A stretch of 64,000 nt of DNA from Lobosporangium transversale. Taxonomy: Eukaryota. This document shows positions 1 to 11,708 of this stretch, piece by piece (position 1 is the first letter of the stretch; the number at the start of each line of letters is the position of its first letter). The position numbers and the translations under genes were made by a program. The stretch spans positions 1,178,001-1,242,000 of the forward strand of contig NW_019028980.1 in the NCBI RefSeq assembly GCF_002105155.1, in the 5' to 3' direction. Under the pieces are notes generated by a model. The model made no database searches and was not told the origin of the DNA. It saw nothing but the letters and a program-made list of their open reading frames with translations.

Positions 1-449
1 TCACCGGCCTCTGTTGCTGCCGCTGTTGCTGCCGCTGTTGCTGCCGCTGTTGCTGCCGCTGTTGCTGCCGCTGTTGCTGCCGCTGTTGCTGTCGCTGTTG
101 ATGTCGCTGTTGATGTCGCTGTTGATGTCGCTGTTGCTGCCGCTGTTGCTGTCGCTGTTGATGTCGCTGTTACTGCCGCTGCTGTTGTCACTGGCGCTGT
201 CGCTATTGCTGTCGCTGTAGTACTGGTTTTATTTCTACCATTGCCAGTCTCTGTAGTAGGCGGTTTTGGCTTTCTCTGTCGCTTCTTTGGAGTTTGTTGT
301 GTGACAATTTCGTCCTGTCCCTGTCTGCGCGATGGCCGTTTTGAATTTCGGGCCACTCCATCCTCTTGTTGCTCATTTGTTACGACATTTAGTTGCTCTT
401 GCTCTGAATTCCATGGGAATGCCCGCTTTCGCTGAGATTCAGTCTCCAT
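1..449 (-). CDS. Partial CDS (5' end; runs off the left edge): hypothetical protein with NLS-like basic patch and Thr/Ala repeat
   Basis: Manual translation from the ATG at 449 is stop-free to position 1: METESQRKRAFPWNSEQ...TPKKRQRKPKPP...TATSTATATAAATAAAT...EAG. It is absent from the ORF track, presumably because it has no stop inside the window. Confidence 0.65.
   Translation of the reverse strand, partial: METESQRKRAFPWNSEQEQLNVVTNEQQEDGVARNSKRPSRRQGQDEIVTQQTPKKRQRKPKPPTTETGNGRNKTSTTATAIATAPVTTAAAVTATSTATATAAATATSTATSTATSTATATAAATAAATAAATAAATAAATAAATEAG
12..218. repeat. 12-nt tandem repeat (gctgttgctgcc / gctgttgatgtc), encoding TAAA/TATS on the minus strand
   Basis: Directly visible periodicity. 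Confidence 0.9.
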
Positions 450-709
450 TGTTAAGTGCACGATCCTTTAGCGCATGCAGAAATAAAAGAGAGAATGAAC
501 AATTGAAAAAAGTGCCACCAAAAAAAAAAAGAAAAAGATAAATCATGAATAAGCCACGACTCAAACTTTGATTCGGTGGCTGATTCCTTTGGGTGCTGTG
601 TTCGAAAAAAAAAAAAAAAAAAAAAAAAATCTTTATTATTGTAAATGAATGCTTGGGAGACAAAATGTGGGGTTATATGTATATAATTTGTATTTCTATT
701 AATTTTTCT

Positions 710-1789
710 TTAGAGACGATAGATCTTTTCAGCTTCATCGGGTCTGACAACCTTGTCTACACTACCCTCAGCCAACATTCTATCCCACCAACTGAATAAA
801 AAGTGTTCACAGATCAGCTTGAACCAAGGGGTGACAATGATACCGCTATCGGGAGTAACTCCCTTCTCCAAGAGAGCCTTGAGCTCAGCTTGGTTCACCC
901 AACAGACATCACGGACTTCGTTAGGACTGGGGTTGATGTCGATAAAGTCCTTGTGTTGTGGTCTAATGAACAAGATGTAGTCGATCTCATGCTCTCCCCA
1001 GATATCGTTCGATGGAGCCAAGTAATGGATACGGGTCAAGAAGTGGAAGTCATCCAGTGGAACATCCTTGGCCTCGATACCAAGCTCGTGGAACAGCTTG
1101 CGTTGAGCTGCAGTACGGACACCCAAATTGTCCTTCTCAATCAATTCATCAGCAGTATTAAGAGGATGGGAGCAGCAAGTGTTGGTCCATGCATCGGGGA
1201 AGGTGATTTTTTCGCTGGCGCGCTGTTGCATCAAAAGTTTGGTACCATCAGCAGAGAAGAGGAACACCGAGAAGGCGCGGTGCAAGAGACCGTGATCCAT
1301 GATGTTGGTCATCAAGTGGCCTAGTAAAGAAGTTGGATGCAATAAACATAAACAAAAATAAGTATCGCATTCCACATACAGAATATACTTCATTGAGAGA
1401 AGTCTTCAAAAACCTAGTCGGTCAATCGTTCGTTTCCTTTTAAGAGGGAAAAAAAAAAAAAAAAAAAAAAAAAAGAAGCGCCCTGAACATGATAGCATGA
1501 TAAGAGTTGTTCCGGATTCTTATTTTCTTTTATATGCAATTCCCTTAAGGTTGCCAAGTGTTACTGAAACTTCAGTTGAATCAAGATAAGATTGGTATTA
1601 AATAAAAGAAAAACACATACAAGCTTTCTTGGTGTTGGCTCCAATGCGCTTGTCATCACGATCGAGGACAATGCACATTTCCTCCATGAGCTTAACTTGC
1701 TCGTCGTCGTAATTGGAAAGGTCGACATCGAGAGAAATGGTCGAATCAAGAGGAGCGGGGGTTGGTGCGGCAAATTTGGACTGACCCAT
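710..1789 (-). CDS. IDI1: Isopentenyl-diphosphate delta-isomerase (type 1, Nudix fold); exons 1789-1621 and 1320-710
   Basis: Motifs [53 protein letters not shown]...CTAG intron joins KKAC|HLM in frame. Confidence 0.97.
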
Positions 1790-2007
1790 TTTGGAGGTTT
1801 TGAAAGTGGAGAAGTATTGGTGAGTAGAGAAGAGTGAAAAGGAGGGAAGAAGGGGAGAACGAGGAGTGTAAGAGAAAGAAGAAAGAAGTGAAGAATGCTG
1901 GTGTGAACTGCTATAAGAGAACAAGTTCCTTACGGAGCTGGCGCCAATCCACCGAATGCTTCGGGACTAAAGGAAAAGTGGGAAAAAAAAAATATCGTCA
2001 GTTCGTG

Positions 2008-2036
2008 TATTGGCCAATCAGCGTGCGATTGGTGAT
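2008..2036. promoter_or_regulatory. Cluster of CCAAT boxes (both orientations) upstream of IDI1
   Basis: attggccaatcagcgtgcgattggtg lies ~220 nt upstream of the IDI1 ATG. Confidence 0.4.
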
Positions 2037-3934
2037 CGGCCCAAAAGAGCAGTTATTTCAAGGCCAGGAGGCCATGTTACTGTTCTTCTTTTCCTCATTC
2101 CTCGATTCCACTCATTTCCTATTACATCCTCCGTTGAGGAACTCTTTGCTTTTGTTTATTTATATATTATATATCTTGTTTTTTTTGCACACAAAATACT
2201 TGTGCTTGAATGCTCCTTAAAATGGCGAATACATCGACATTTTAATACATGCATTATTTTTTATTCAATCATTAATTTTATTTTATTTTTTTTTATTTTT
2301 TTTTACCTCAATGCTGGATCGCAAAAATGTTTGACGAGGAATGAGGCTTCGGACAAGGGCAAATGGAGTTATTCTTGTCATGATTCTATCAAGCAATGGA
2401 AAAGTTGTTTCGAAGTGGCGTGATAATGTGTTGTTGTTGTTGGGTGAAAGTCAAAAATCAAAAAACTCAACAGAGCGCATAGGACAAATAACAAATAAAA
2501 GGATGACATGTATGACATAAGGAGACGTGTCATACGCTTTCCTTTTCTTCTCTTATAACGCCTTCGTTTATGAGGCAACTACCAAGTGAAAAGATTAAGA
2601 GTAAGAGCGACCTGATTTATAATAATATGGATGCCATTGGGCTTAAACGATGTTTCATCAGCTTTACTGACCATGGTTGTCACTTTCAGAGTTCGTGTAT
2701 GGCATATATGTGTGCTTGAGCGAGAACTTCAACATGGCATGACTCGCAATGAAAATTTTTGTTAGCATAAAAAAAACCCCCTGGGCAATTGCTTGGGCCA
2801 CCTTGGCAAGCTCTTAATGAGACCATGGCAGAATTTGACTAGTCATATATCAATAATATTCTCTTCCAAAGTTCTCTAAAGTTTATTGGGCATGTTTAAT
2901 ACTATAGCTGCCTTAATATAGGGTTGCACATCTAGAATGTGCATCAATCATCGGGATATCACCAGGTTCAGGCCATGATATACACGCAGCGAATGTAGCT
3001 TCTATCGAGTTGTATTTAGGCAAAAATGTTGTGGAAACAGCTTGTCGGCTTGGACACTAGGCTTAATTGCTGTTTCGGGAAGCGTCTCTTTATTTTCTAC
3101 CATATTCTTCTTATTTGTGAAAACAAGATTAGATGCAGCTGATTAAGGAATACTGAGACTCTTGGTGGCTTCACGAGCTCAAGTACCTTGCAGTATCAAA
3201 TTCATAGTTTCCTTGGCTTTTCGCTTGAGGTATTGACTTTATATTTTGGTGGAGATAGAAGGCAGAAAAAGAAGGTGACGGGTGAAAAAGAATGAGGATC
3301 TTTATATACACGGAAGGACAGGTGTTTGGATATCAGCCCTACTTCGATGACAAAAACCAAATACAGAGAGATACCCGCAACAAGAATAGCTTTGAGGCTT
3401 GGAGTTATTAGCATGATTACTGGAATAAAGAGACCATCATTGTCGTTCGTAGCGCTCACATTGCCAATCAATAGGGTGTCATTTACCGCAGGTAAGGCAT
3501 GTGTGTCTTTAGTGCCTGTTGAGCTTGCTTCTTATTCATGCTCTTTGCCTCTTGTTACAGCTTATTCTAAATGCCTTTTCGTTTTTACCCGCGGTGGCAT
3601 CGGATCAGTTCCTTCTACTCAATGACATCTGCAGGAATGCCTTTAGCTTTCGTTCTTGTTGAACTTGATCGGAGACAAAATTTTTTTTTTTTCATCTTAA
3701 CGAATCACCGTGTGGACTACGACCTCGTAGACTAATCCCATAAGAAGTTAGAACGTTTGTACTGTAGAATGAATGTGATGCGTGTGTGGGTGCGGGTGAA
3801 AGCAGTGGCAGGGGTGAAAAAAGATGAAACGAATTGGGAATTGCCTTATTTTGTCCCTGCATCTCTTTTTTTTTGTCCAGGAGGACAAACTTTATAAATT
3901 AGCCGACCAGGGTAATCAAACTTTAAAACACTTT

Positions 3935-3945
3935 AATATAAAAGG
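3935..3945 (+). promoter_or_regulatory. TATA box of the small secreted protein gene
   Basis: TATAAAAG followed by a CT-rich leader, ~120 nt before the ATG at 4058. Confidence 0.45.
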
Positions 3946-4057
3946 CCTTTGTTCTCTCATCCTCTCATCCTCTTTCGTCCTCACATCCTTTACCTCCTTC
4001 TCTTCTTTACTCTACTCCGATACTCTTCATCCTTCACTCATTCAGATCATATCAGAC

Positions 4058-4411
4058 ATGTCTCGCTTCTCCACTCTCAGTTTCTTCAGCTTAGCACTCA
4101 TTGCTCTTTTCTTTGTCTGCCTTGTCCCTGTTGCTGAGGCTGCCCCCACTGGTAAACCCCGGGTTCCGTCCTTTGCTGTCTACTCCAAGAACAACCTGAA
4201 GGGCAAGGTCCAGACTGTGTCCAACTATGGATGCCACAACCTCAAGTTGCCAGCCGTTTCTTCTGTTCGCCACTTGTCCGATCCTAATGTCAATATCAAG
4301 TTCTATAAGGACAAGAGCTGCAAAGGCAAGGTCGTTCACCAGATGGATAGCTCAACTGTTCGCGTGATGGGCGGTCCTTTCAAGAGCACCAGCGTCCTTG
4401 TCTCTCCATAA
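4058..4411 (+). CDS. Small secreted cationic protein, beta/gamma-crystallin (Greek key)-like; 117 aa
   Basis: Signal peptide MSRFSTLSFFSLALIALFFVCLVPVAEA, then two Greek-key-like motifs (VYSKNNLKG...VSSVR; FYKDKSCKG...STSVLV) and two Cys in the mature part. Confidence 0.8.
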   Translation: MSRFSTLSFFSLALIALFFVCLVPVAEAAPTGKPRVPSFAVYSKNNLKGKVQTVSNYGCHNLKLPAVSSVRHLSDPNVNIKFYKDKSCKGKVVHQMDSSTVRVMGGPFKSTSVLVSP

Positions 4412-4761
4412 AAAAAAAAAAAAAAAAAAAAGTCTATATAACTATAATAAATTATAATTTAGAGTGTACAGTTTATACATGTTATCTTTTTTCGATCTGT
4501 CTCTCGTGAGCATTAATCTTCTGGAAGGTGAAAAAAAAAAAAAAAATACTTTATGTAATCTTCTCGATGCAATCCACAGCTGTTACAGGGATACTATTAA
4601 GGAAAGTCGAAATAACTTTTTGTTCAGGTTTCTACTTTTTTTGTTTCCTTGCCCACCATAGAATTTCGACTATTCTACACATTTTTGACACGTAATGTGA
4701 AGGAATTGCTTTGTGTGTGCAACCATCAAAATCGATTATGTATTATTTACCTGTTCCTCTT

Positions 4762-4846
4762 TCCTTCTTCCTTCTTTCCTTTCCTTCTTTCCTTCTTTCC
4801 TTCTTTCCTTCTTTCCTTCTTTCCTTCTTTCCTTCTTTCCTTCCTT
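4762..4846. repeat. Polypyrimidine (CCTT/CTTT) microsatellite
   Basis: Directly visible. Confidence 0.85.
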
Positions 4847-4973
4847 CACTGCTTTTCGTCTCACACCATCTTTGAATCTGTAAATCAACTTATTTTTATT
4901 TTTTATTTTTTTCATTTTTATTTTTTTTAATTTATTTCCTCCCTAAGAAGAAGGAAGGGAAACCATTCTAGCT

Positions 4974-5601
4974 ATGAGTAAAGATAAAAAGAACTCGTCG
5001 TCGCATGTCGACTGGGAGACGCCATCAGACGAACAACAAACTTTTGGGAGTCAATCACCCTATGCTTTCACAGCCTCTATTCCAGATAGCAATGTTCATC
5101 AACCATCGCCCATAGCGCCCCAAGTGCCCTATCAGAGTATGTGCCTGTCATTTTCCTGTCAAAATCCTTTGTATGCTTAAACTGTAGACTGATTTTTTTG
5201 GCTTGGTCTGGCGATCGAAAAGTCCCAACGGATGCTCCACCCATGTATTCAAAAGATCCATTCCCAGGACCGCCAGCACTCATTTCACCCACCGTACCTT
5301 CTGCACCTCCAGGCCCTACATCTGTCGGTCGACACCCACAACAATTCACTCCTACGCCTGATCCTCCACGGAGCAACCTCCCGTATGATGAAATAGAAGC
5401 TGGCCATCAGCAACCGCAGTATCGGCAACCTTTACTTAATCAATCTCTTGGTGGTACTATCGAACCTGCCAATTATGGCGCGACTTATAATAACCCTTAT
5501 CCCAACAGTAACATCAGTGCTTCCAACGACAGTCCAGCAAGTAAGTCGATTGTTTTGGAGGTTTGCCAAGAAATTTTGATTTCCAAAACAAGCAAAGAAA
5601 C

Positions 5602-5640
<39 letters not shown>

Positions 5641-6959
5641 ATTTGTACCTCGCACTATTGTGAGGACAAAAAAAAAGAAGAATACAAACTGTTTTTTCAT
5701 CTGTGTGTATCATTTGTTTATAGGGAGGAGACGAAGGAAAAATATGTGCAGCTGTTGTTCCTGGCGCTGTTTGATTATCTTGCTATTGATATTCATGGCT
5801 AGTCTTAATAATGTCAATCTGGATGATACATGCTTGGTGAAAGAGGAGTCGCTAACTGATGTCCAACTCTTTACTGCTACTCCTGATTTTGCACTCAGGG
5901 TTGAGGCAATTGATGACATTGTAAGTTTCAGCTTCACTTCTGCCTTGCTTCGTAAAGTCTCTGGAAAACAGGCATATCATCACATCGTCTTACTTTTTTT
6001 TTTTTTTTTTTTTTTTTCCATTATTATTATTTTTTTATTTACTAATTGATGAACAGGTTGGTAATGTGCTTGTGAAAGAATCCAGTTCAACAAGAGATAA
6101 GGATATCCGTGTGCAAATTGTGCTGCGTGCCTCTTCAACCGAATTCTTGAATCAGCTGCAGTCGACTATTGTTCATGGTGGAAGACGAGAGACTGGATAT
6201 GTGAGAGTCGGCATTAGGGACTCTAAGAACGAGGAAGTTAAAAAGCGTATCATTCATGGCAACTGTGCCCGTGCAGATATCGAGATCGCCTATCCACGCG
6301 CTTATCAGGGCACTGGAAAGTTGGCATTGAGAGGTATAAGCGGTAAATTTATCATGAAGATGGATCCCTACTCTCGTGTCGTCCCTCTTGCAGGTGAAGG
6401 TAGCTTTTACAATAGCTCCTCTTCAGGATCAATAATTTCGACGGCTCCGACGCCAAGCTTTAAAGAAATCATGCTAGAGCTCACAAATGGTGATATCCGT
6501 TTAGAGGGCATTGAGGTTCTTGACAATTTTTACGCAGTGACCACGAATGGACATATCTCTGGAGATCTGAAAACTTCTGGAAGTCTCGTCGCAAAGGTCG
6601 TCAATGGTGAGGTAAACCTTGCTATCGACTCGGATCCAACTACCCCACCAGCCATACCTACACCAGGTACAAAAAAGCTAACGGTAGACATTAGCACTGT
6701 CAATGGCCATATTGACCTGAACTTGATACGTCGATTCTTAGGCCGCTTCTCCATATCCTCGTCCTTTGGTCGAACATCGATTGAACAACTCAACAATGAA
6801 AGCAACAAAGATAGGATCGGCTATGAATCCAAGAACGGGTCTAAGATGAACGGGTGGATCTCCGAAAGTGGTCAGGAGCCTCAGACTTCATCCCCACATC
6901 TGAACCTCAATTCTGACCATGGCAACATTAAGATTAGAGTCAACACTCAAAAGAAGTAG
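4974..6959 (+). CDS. Type II membrane protein with Pro-rich cytosolic N-terminus (PPxY) and DUF4097/putative-adhesin-like beta-repeat ectodomain; 4 exons
   Basis: GT-AG introns at ~5138-5223, 5541-5723 and 5921-6057 join the frames. TM segment CCSWRCLIILLLIFMA; repeats TNGDIRL, TTNGHISG, VVNGEVNL, TVNGHIDL, SDHGNIKI. Confidence 0.75.
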
Positions 6960-7106
6960 ATGTACTTGCGGAATATTCATAAAAAGTAATAAATAAATAA
7001 ATAAATAAATAAAATAAAACAATACAAAAAAAAAAAAAAAAATCGACATGGTATGTACTATACATGTAATACACAGAACAGGATCAAAGTTATTTATTTA
7101 GTCCAC

Positions 7107-8183
7107 TCAAGATGCCATAATTTCTACTCCTGTGTCTGTGGGAACTGTTGCGGTTGGAGTTGGTGTTGGAGGGGTTGTTGTTGGAGTTGATGATGCTACT
7201 GTTATAGGGTTCTCAGCCTTTGACTCTGACTTGAAAACAAACAGATCCTTTCGTTCCTCCGGCAATTTTTCGTGCACGATCCAATGGAGACCACAAGTAT
7301 TACAAAGCGTCTTTTCACCTGCAGGGCCAGATCGCAGCATGACAGTCGAGGCTGCGCCTAATCCACAATGTTGACATTGCCAGCCCTCATAAGGCTCCAT
7401 ATTCACAAATGCACCCTTGTTGGGACGTCCACGACGATTTGCTGGCGATGAGTATGAGCCATAGCCTCCTCTGCTACCACCAACATATGATATTAATCCA
7501 ATACCACTACCAACACCACCAAATCCGCTACCGCCACCGCCGCCACCTGCGCGGCGACGATTCCCTCCCTGATACCGAGAGTTTTCACGACGTTTAAGCC
7601 TAGGGAATATATGTATGTGCAAGTAATCAATATAAGCCATCTTGCCAGAGATACGAACCAGCCATTTTTTTTTTTTTCTTTTCTTATATCAATAACGCAT
7701 TCTGTGATAATTAAAGTGAACGTACCGGATACTACGATCGTTGGTTTCCAAAATCTTTTCAAGTTCCTCTGTAGTTAAAGCTTCGAGTGCCGGGGTCCAA
7801 CTCTCTGCATCATCCAAAGATCGAAATCCCGAGAACAACGGTTCGGATTCAAAGATTCCACCTCGATCCAAGAGTCGATCTTGTTTGAAACGATAGAGTT
7901 GTTCATGAATCTCATGTGCAATAATGGATACAAATTCCCCACCGAGTCCCAAGTCTGCAGTTAATTGTTTTGCGAATTCCTCTGGCGTCAGATCCGAGCC
8001 TACATCCCATTCAAACCGATCTCGTAAGTTGATCCCTCCAACATGCAGATCAAGCTAATAATATCCATAAAATAAATATAAGACGTTAAAAAGTTTTTAA
8101 AAAAATAAAAATAAAAATAAAAAAAAAAAGATATAGTATGTAATGATACAGAGATAACTTATAGAAAAAGACGCTATTGATCG

Positions 8184-8220
<37 letters not shown>

Positions 8221-10283
8221 CTCGCTTACATGAATGACAACACGAGCACCCTCGTTAGGAACTTGAACTTCTGCGACGGGCTCAAATTCCGCGACTTGAT
8301 TCCGTATAGCTTGCGCAATTTCAGGTACAAATTTATTCATGTTCAAGTCCAAGTCATCGCATAGGATTTCTGCAAATTGTTCTGGGGTCAATAATTGCTC
8401 GTTCACGTTCCAGGTGAATGAATCTCGTAACCGAATCTCATCTGTATCAATGTCCAAGCGGATTGGCACCAGAATTGCGTCCTGATCTGCACTGGTTTCA
8501 AGAGCTTGCTGCGTGCTAGATATAATAATAATGATATAACAAAATAACAAACAAGTAAAAGGGAGAGAAGGGATAGAAGAATAAGCATTCAAAAGATTTC
8601 TCTTGGTTTATAAAAATAAATAATAGTAATTATAATAATAGATTAATAAAACCAATTAACTTACTGATAGACATGGCGTGTCTTCCGGGGTCGTTTGACC
8701 CATGCCTTCTTCTCCTTTTCGATTCTCTCCTTTTCCAGCTGTCTCTGGATCCGATTACTGGGTGTGCTCCGTGAGGATCCCCCTTCCTCAAAATCCCAAT
8801 CGTCCTCATCGGACTCCATCATAGAAGCTACAGCTGCACGTTTGGCTCTTCGTCCCAATGCCGGTGGCAAAACTAATGCATTCGCTGTATCGCGTATCCG
8901 AGATGCATATGTACTATATGTTCCCTGGACATTAGGCATGGCTGAAAGCGAACTAGCTGCTGCTGCTGCTGCTGCTGCACTTCCTCCTGATCGATGTTGT
9001 TGCTGAAATTGACTTTGTGCATGTGGATGTGGCTGCTGCGACATTCCGCCATTTTGACGAGGTGGAACAGGTGCCACTCGGAACTGACTTTGTTGCTGGG
9101 TATATGGATGTTGTTGCTGTTGGTGGTGATGAAGTTGCGACTGCTGCTGCCTCTGTTGCTGCTGCCGTGGTGGTTGCGGCTGTTGCTGCTGCACCTGCTG
9201 ATGTTGTTGAGGATGCATCTGTTGTCCATGTCCTGGGTGAGCCTGTTGCTGTGGTTGCTGTGGTTGCGGCTGCTGCTGGTGCATGGGATATGGCCTCTGA
9301 GACTGATATTGTAGCTGCTGACCATGAGATGGACGCTGCATAGGTTGCTGCATAGGTTGCTGCATAGGTTGTTGCATAGGTTGCTGCATCGGCTGCTGAT
9401 TTGACTGTTGAGTTGGCTGTTGGGTTGACTGCTGGATCGGCTGCTGGATCGGTTGTGGCACAGGTTGTTGCATTGGTTGCTGCATGGGTTGCTGCATGGG
9501 TTGCTGCATGGGTTGCTGCATTGGTTGTTGTATCTGCTGCTGCATTGATTGTTGCATTGGTTGCTGTATCGATTGTTGCATAGGCTGTTGGATTGGTTGT
9601 TGCATCGGTTGCTGCATCGGTTGCTGCATGGGTGATTGCATAGATTGTTGCATTGGTTGCTGCATAGGTTGTTGCTGATGTAACTGGTTTTGCATCTGTC
9701 GTTGCATCTGCATCTGCATCTGTTGTTGTTGATGTTGTTGAAGTTGCATTTGTTGGTGTTGCTGCTGTGCCATCTGTAATTGCATTTGCATCTGCATCTG
9801 CATATGTTGTTGTTGTTGTTGTTGTTGTTGTTGCTGCTGCATCTGTTGTTGTAGTAATAGCTGCTGTTGCTGTTGTACTGTGGCGCTGCGACTAGAACGT
9901 GTAGGGTACTGAGGTCCCATAGCAGTAGCACCAGCACTAACAGGTACACCCGCCATGCCTGGTACGCCGACTATACCAGGTACACCAGATACACCAGGAA
10001 CACCAGATACACCAGGAATGCCAGGAACACCAGGAACACCAGGAACACCAGGAACACCAGGAACACCAGGAACACCAGGAACACCAGGAACACCAGGAAC
10101 ACCAGGAACACCAGGAACACTAGGAACACCAGGAACACCAGGAACACCCGATACACCAGGTAAAACAGCACCAGGTACTGTGACTGGTGCCATGGAACCC
10201 ATGTCAGAGCCTACACTCGAATGACGGCCTGATGATTGAGGATGCTGCATGTTGACCGAGGTATGATTCACCCAGTTTGCCAT
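7107..10283 (-). CDS. SFH1: SNF5-family chromatin remodelling subunit (Sfh1-like) with C-terminal GATA-type zinc finger; exons 10283-8665, 8515-8230, 8054-7726, 7599-7107
   Basis: SNF5 repeats [37 protein letters not shown] and [27 protein letters not shown]; finger CQHC-x19-LCNTC. Splice sites join in frame. Confidence 0.9.
9335..9670. repeat. 12-nt coding repeat, (QQPM)n, in the SFH1 N-terminus
   Basis: ggttgctgcata-type units. Confidence 0.85.
9945..10175. repeat. 9-nt coding repeat (acaccagga)n, (Gly-Val-Pro)n, in the SFH1 N-terminus
   Basis: Directly visible; about 20 or more units. Confidence 0.9.
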
Positions 10284-10610
10284 TGTTCTCCTTTGTGTCC
10301 GTGATTGGGTTGATCTGCTTCTCTGAGTCTTGTTTGCTTGCTTTTGTCGCGTAAAAGAAAATCAGCCTCTTTCAAGTCGGACTCCATTTTGGCAAAAAGA
10401 AATATTCCTTTGCCCCTTAACCAAAATATAATTGCACCTTCCAAATCCAATAGGGATAAAGGGAGCCAACATTTTTTTTGTTTTTTTAAGGTTGGGCAAA
10501 GCAATTTATTTATCCATTTTTTTTAAATACAAAGGCATCACAATGAAGTCAAACTGGATATACCAACTTCTGAAGGTTTGACGAAAGGCATAGGGACTGG
10601 CAGTGGGGCC

Positions 10611-11708
10611 TTAAAGAGGAACGAAAGCTGTGGCAGATGCAAGGCTGTTCGCTTCAGCTACAGAAATAGTTCCCATGATGCTTGCCTCCGAATTTGTGCC
10701 TGTTGTAGTTGTGGTTGCTGCTGGCGCTGTTATAGTGGCTAAAGATGGGACTGCAGGGATTGGAGGTGCAATATCATCATCAAAGAGGCCAATGTCTGCC
10801 ATATACTCTGAGGATGGAGCTGGACGTAACAGCACATATGAATCTGGAATACCATCTCCATCAGTATCTCTGGGTGATATAAAATGGTCTTCGATAATGA
10901 TCCCATCCTCATCCAGGACTGGGATCAGTTGTGCTAGTTTACGCTCCTCAGTCGATTTGAATCCTCCTCGCTCGTTCTTTTCTCGTGCAATATTTCGATG
11001 TCGCTGCTGCTGTTGTCCTTTTTGTTTCTTTGTAGGATTCGTTTCGACAGGTATCGACTTTTTTTTATCCTGTTCATTGCTACTACTGTCGTAATTGTCA
11101 TTGTTTATGTTGGGGTTATTACCACTGCTGCTATTACTACGGCTGCTATTCTTATCACCGCCGCTACTGCTGCTCTTGCTAGTTGCCCTGGGTGCTAATG
11201 TGGCAGGCTCAGTCTTTTTGACTGAAAATCCATTCACTACTGAGTATTTCTTTCTCATAGCAGAGAGTATTTGAATTATAGGGTTCTGTTGGCGGTGATG
11301 ACGGTGGCTTTGGTGGTGATGATGATGATGTGGGGCCTTGTTCTCTTCCTTTGGCTCATGCTTCCTTCGTGCCCGCAGATTGATGGTAGTGATAGTGTCC
11401 TTTTCCATATGCTGGTGCCGATATTTCGTTTTTTGTAGCCCTACAGAGCTATCATATGACTCACTGCCAACACGATCATTTTGGTGGTCGTACTGCAAAG
11501 GCTGTTGTTGCTGTCGATAATCGAGGTCCTCCTGAACATTGAGCCAGTCATGACTGGATCTTGGTCGGAGGACCGAAGCGCGCCTCTTAGTCCCTTCACT
11601 TACAGGTAGAGTCTCTCGAAACCAGAGAATTAATACAAGCTCTAAAAGTAGTAATGCAACGATGATCGATGCCTTGTTCCTAGGATTACTTAAGGATATC
11701 AGTGGCAT
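10611..11708 (-). CDS. Hypothetical signal-anchored membrane/secreted protein (gene X), low complexity, with a DxDxDG motif
   Basis: 365-aa single ORF; N-terminal hydrophobic IIVALLLLELVLILWF; motif DTDGDGIPD. Confidence 0.7.
   Translation of the reverse strand: MPLISLSNPRNKASIIVALLLLELVLILWFRETLPVSEGTKRRASVLRPRSSHDWLNVQEDLDYRQQQQPLQYDHQNDRVGSESYDSSVGLQKTKYRHQHMEKDTITTINLRARRKHEPKEENKAPHHHHHHQSHRHHRQQNPIIQILSAMRKKYSVVNGFSVKKTEPATLAPRATSKSSSSGGDKNSSRSNSSSGNNPNINNDNYDSSSNEQDKKKSIPVETNPTKKQKGQQQQRHRNIAREKNERGGFKSTEERKLAQLIPVLDEDGIIIEDHFISPRDTDGDGIPDSYVLLRPAPSSEYMADIGLFDDDIAPPIPAVPSLATITAPAATTTTTGTNSEASIMGTISVAEANSLASATAFVPL

Noticed and set aside
14..220. Plus-strand Leu/Pro-rich ORF, and antisense ORFs over other repeat-coding exons
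   Set aside because: Shadow frames of repeat-rich genes on the opposite strand.
2580..3700. Compositionally balanced intergenic DNA, possibly a decayed gene or transposon
   Set aside because: No recognisable motif, long ORF or terminal repeats; would need tBLASTx or Dfam.
4409..4431. Poly(A) immediately after the stop of an intronless gene (retrocopy)
   Set aside because: Tracts of this length are ubiquitous in the window and no target-site duplication is visible.
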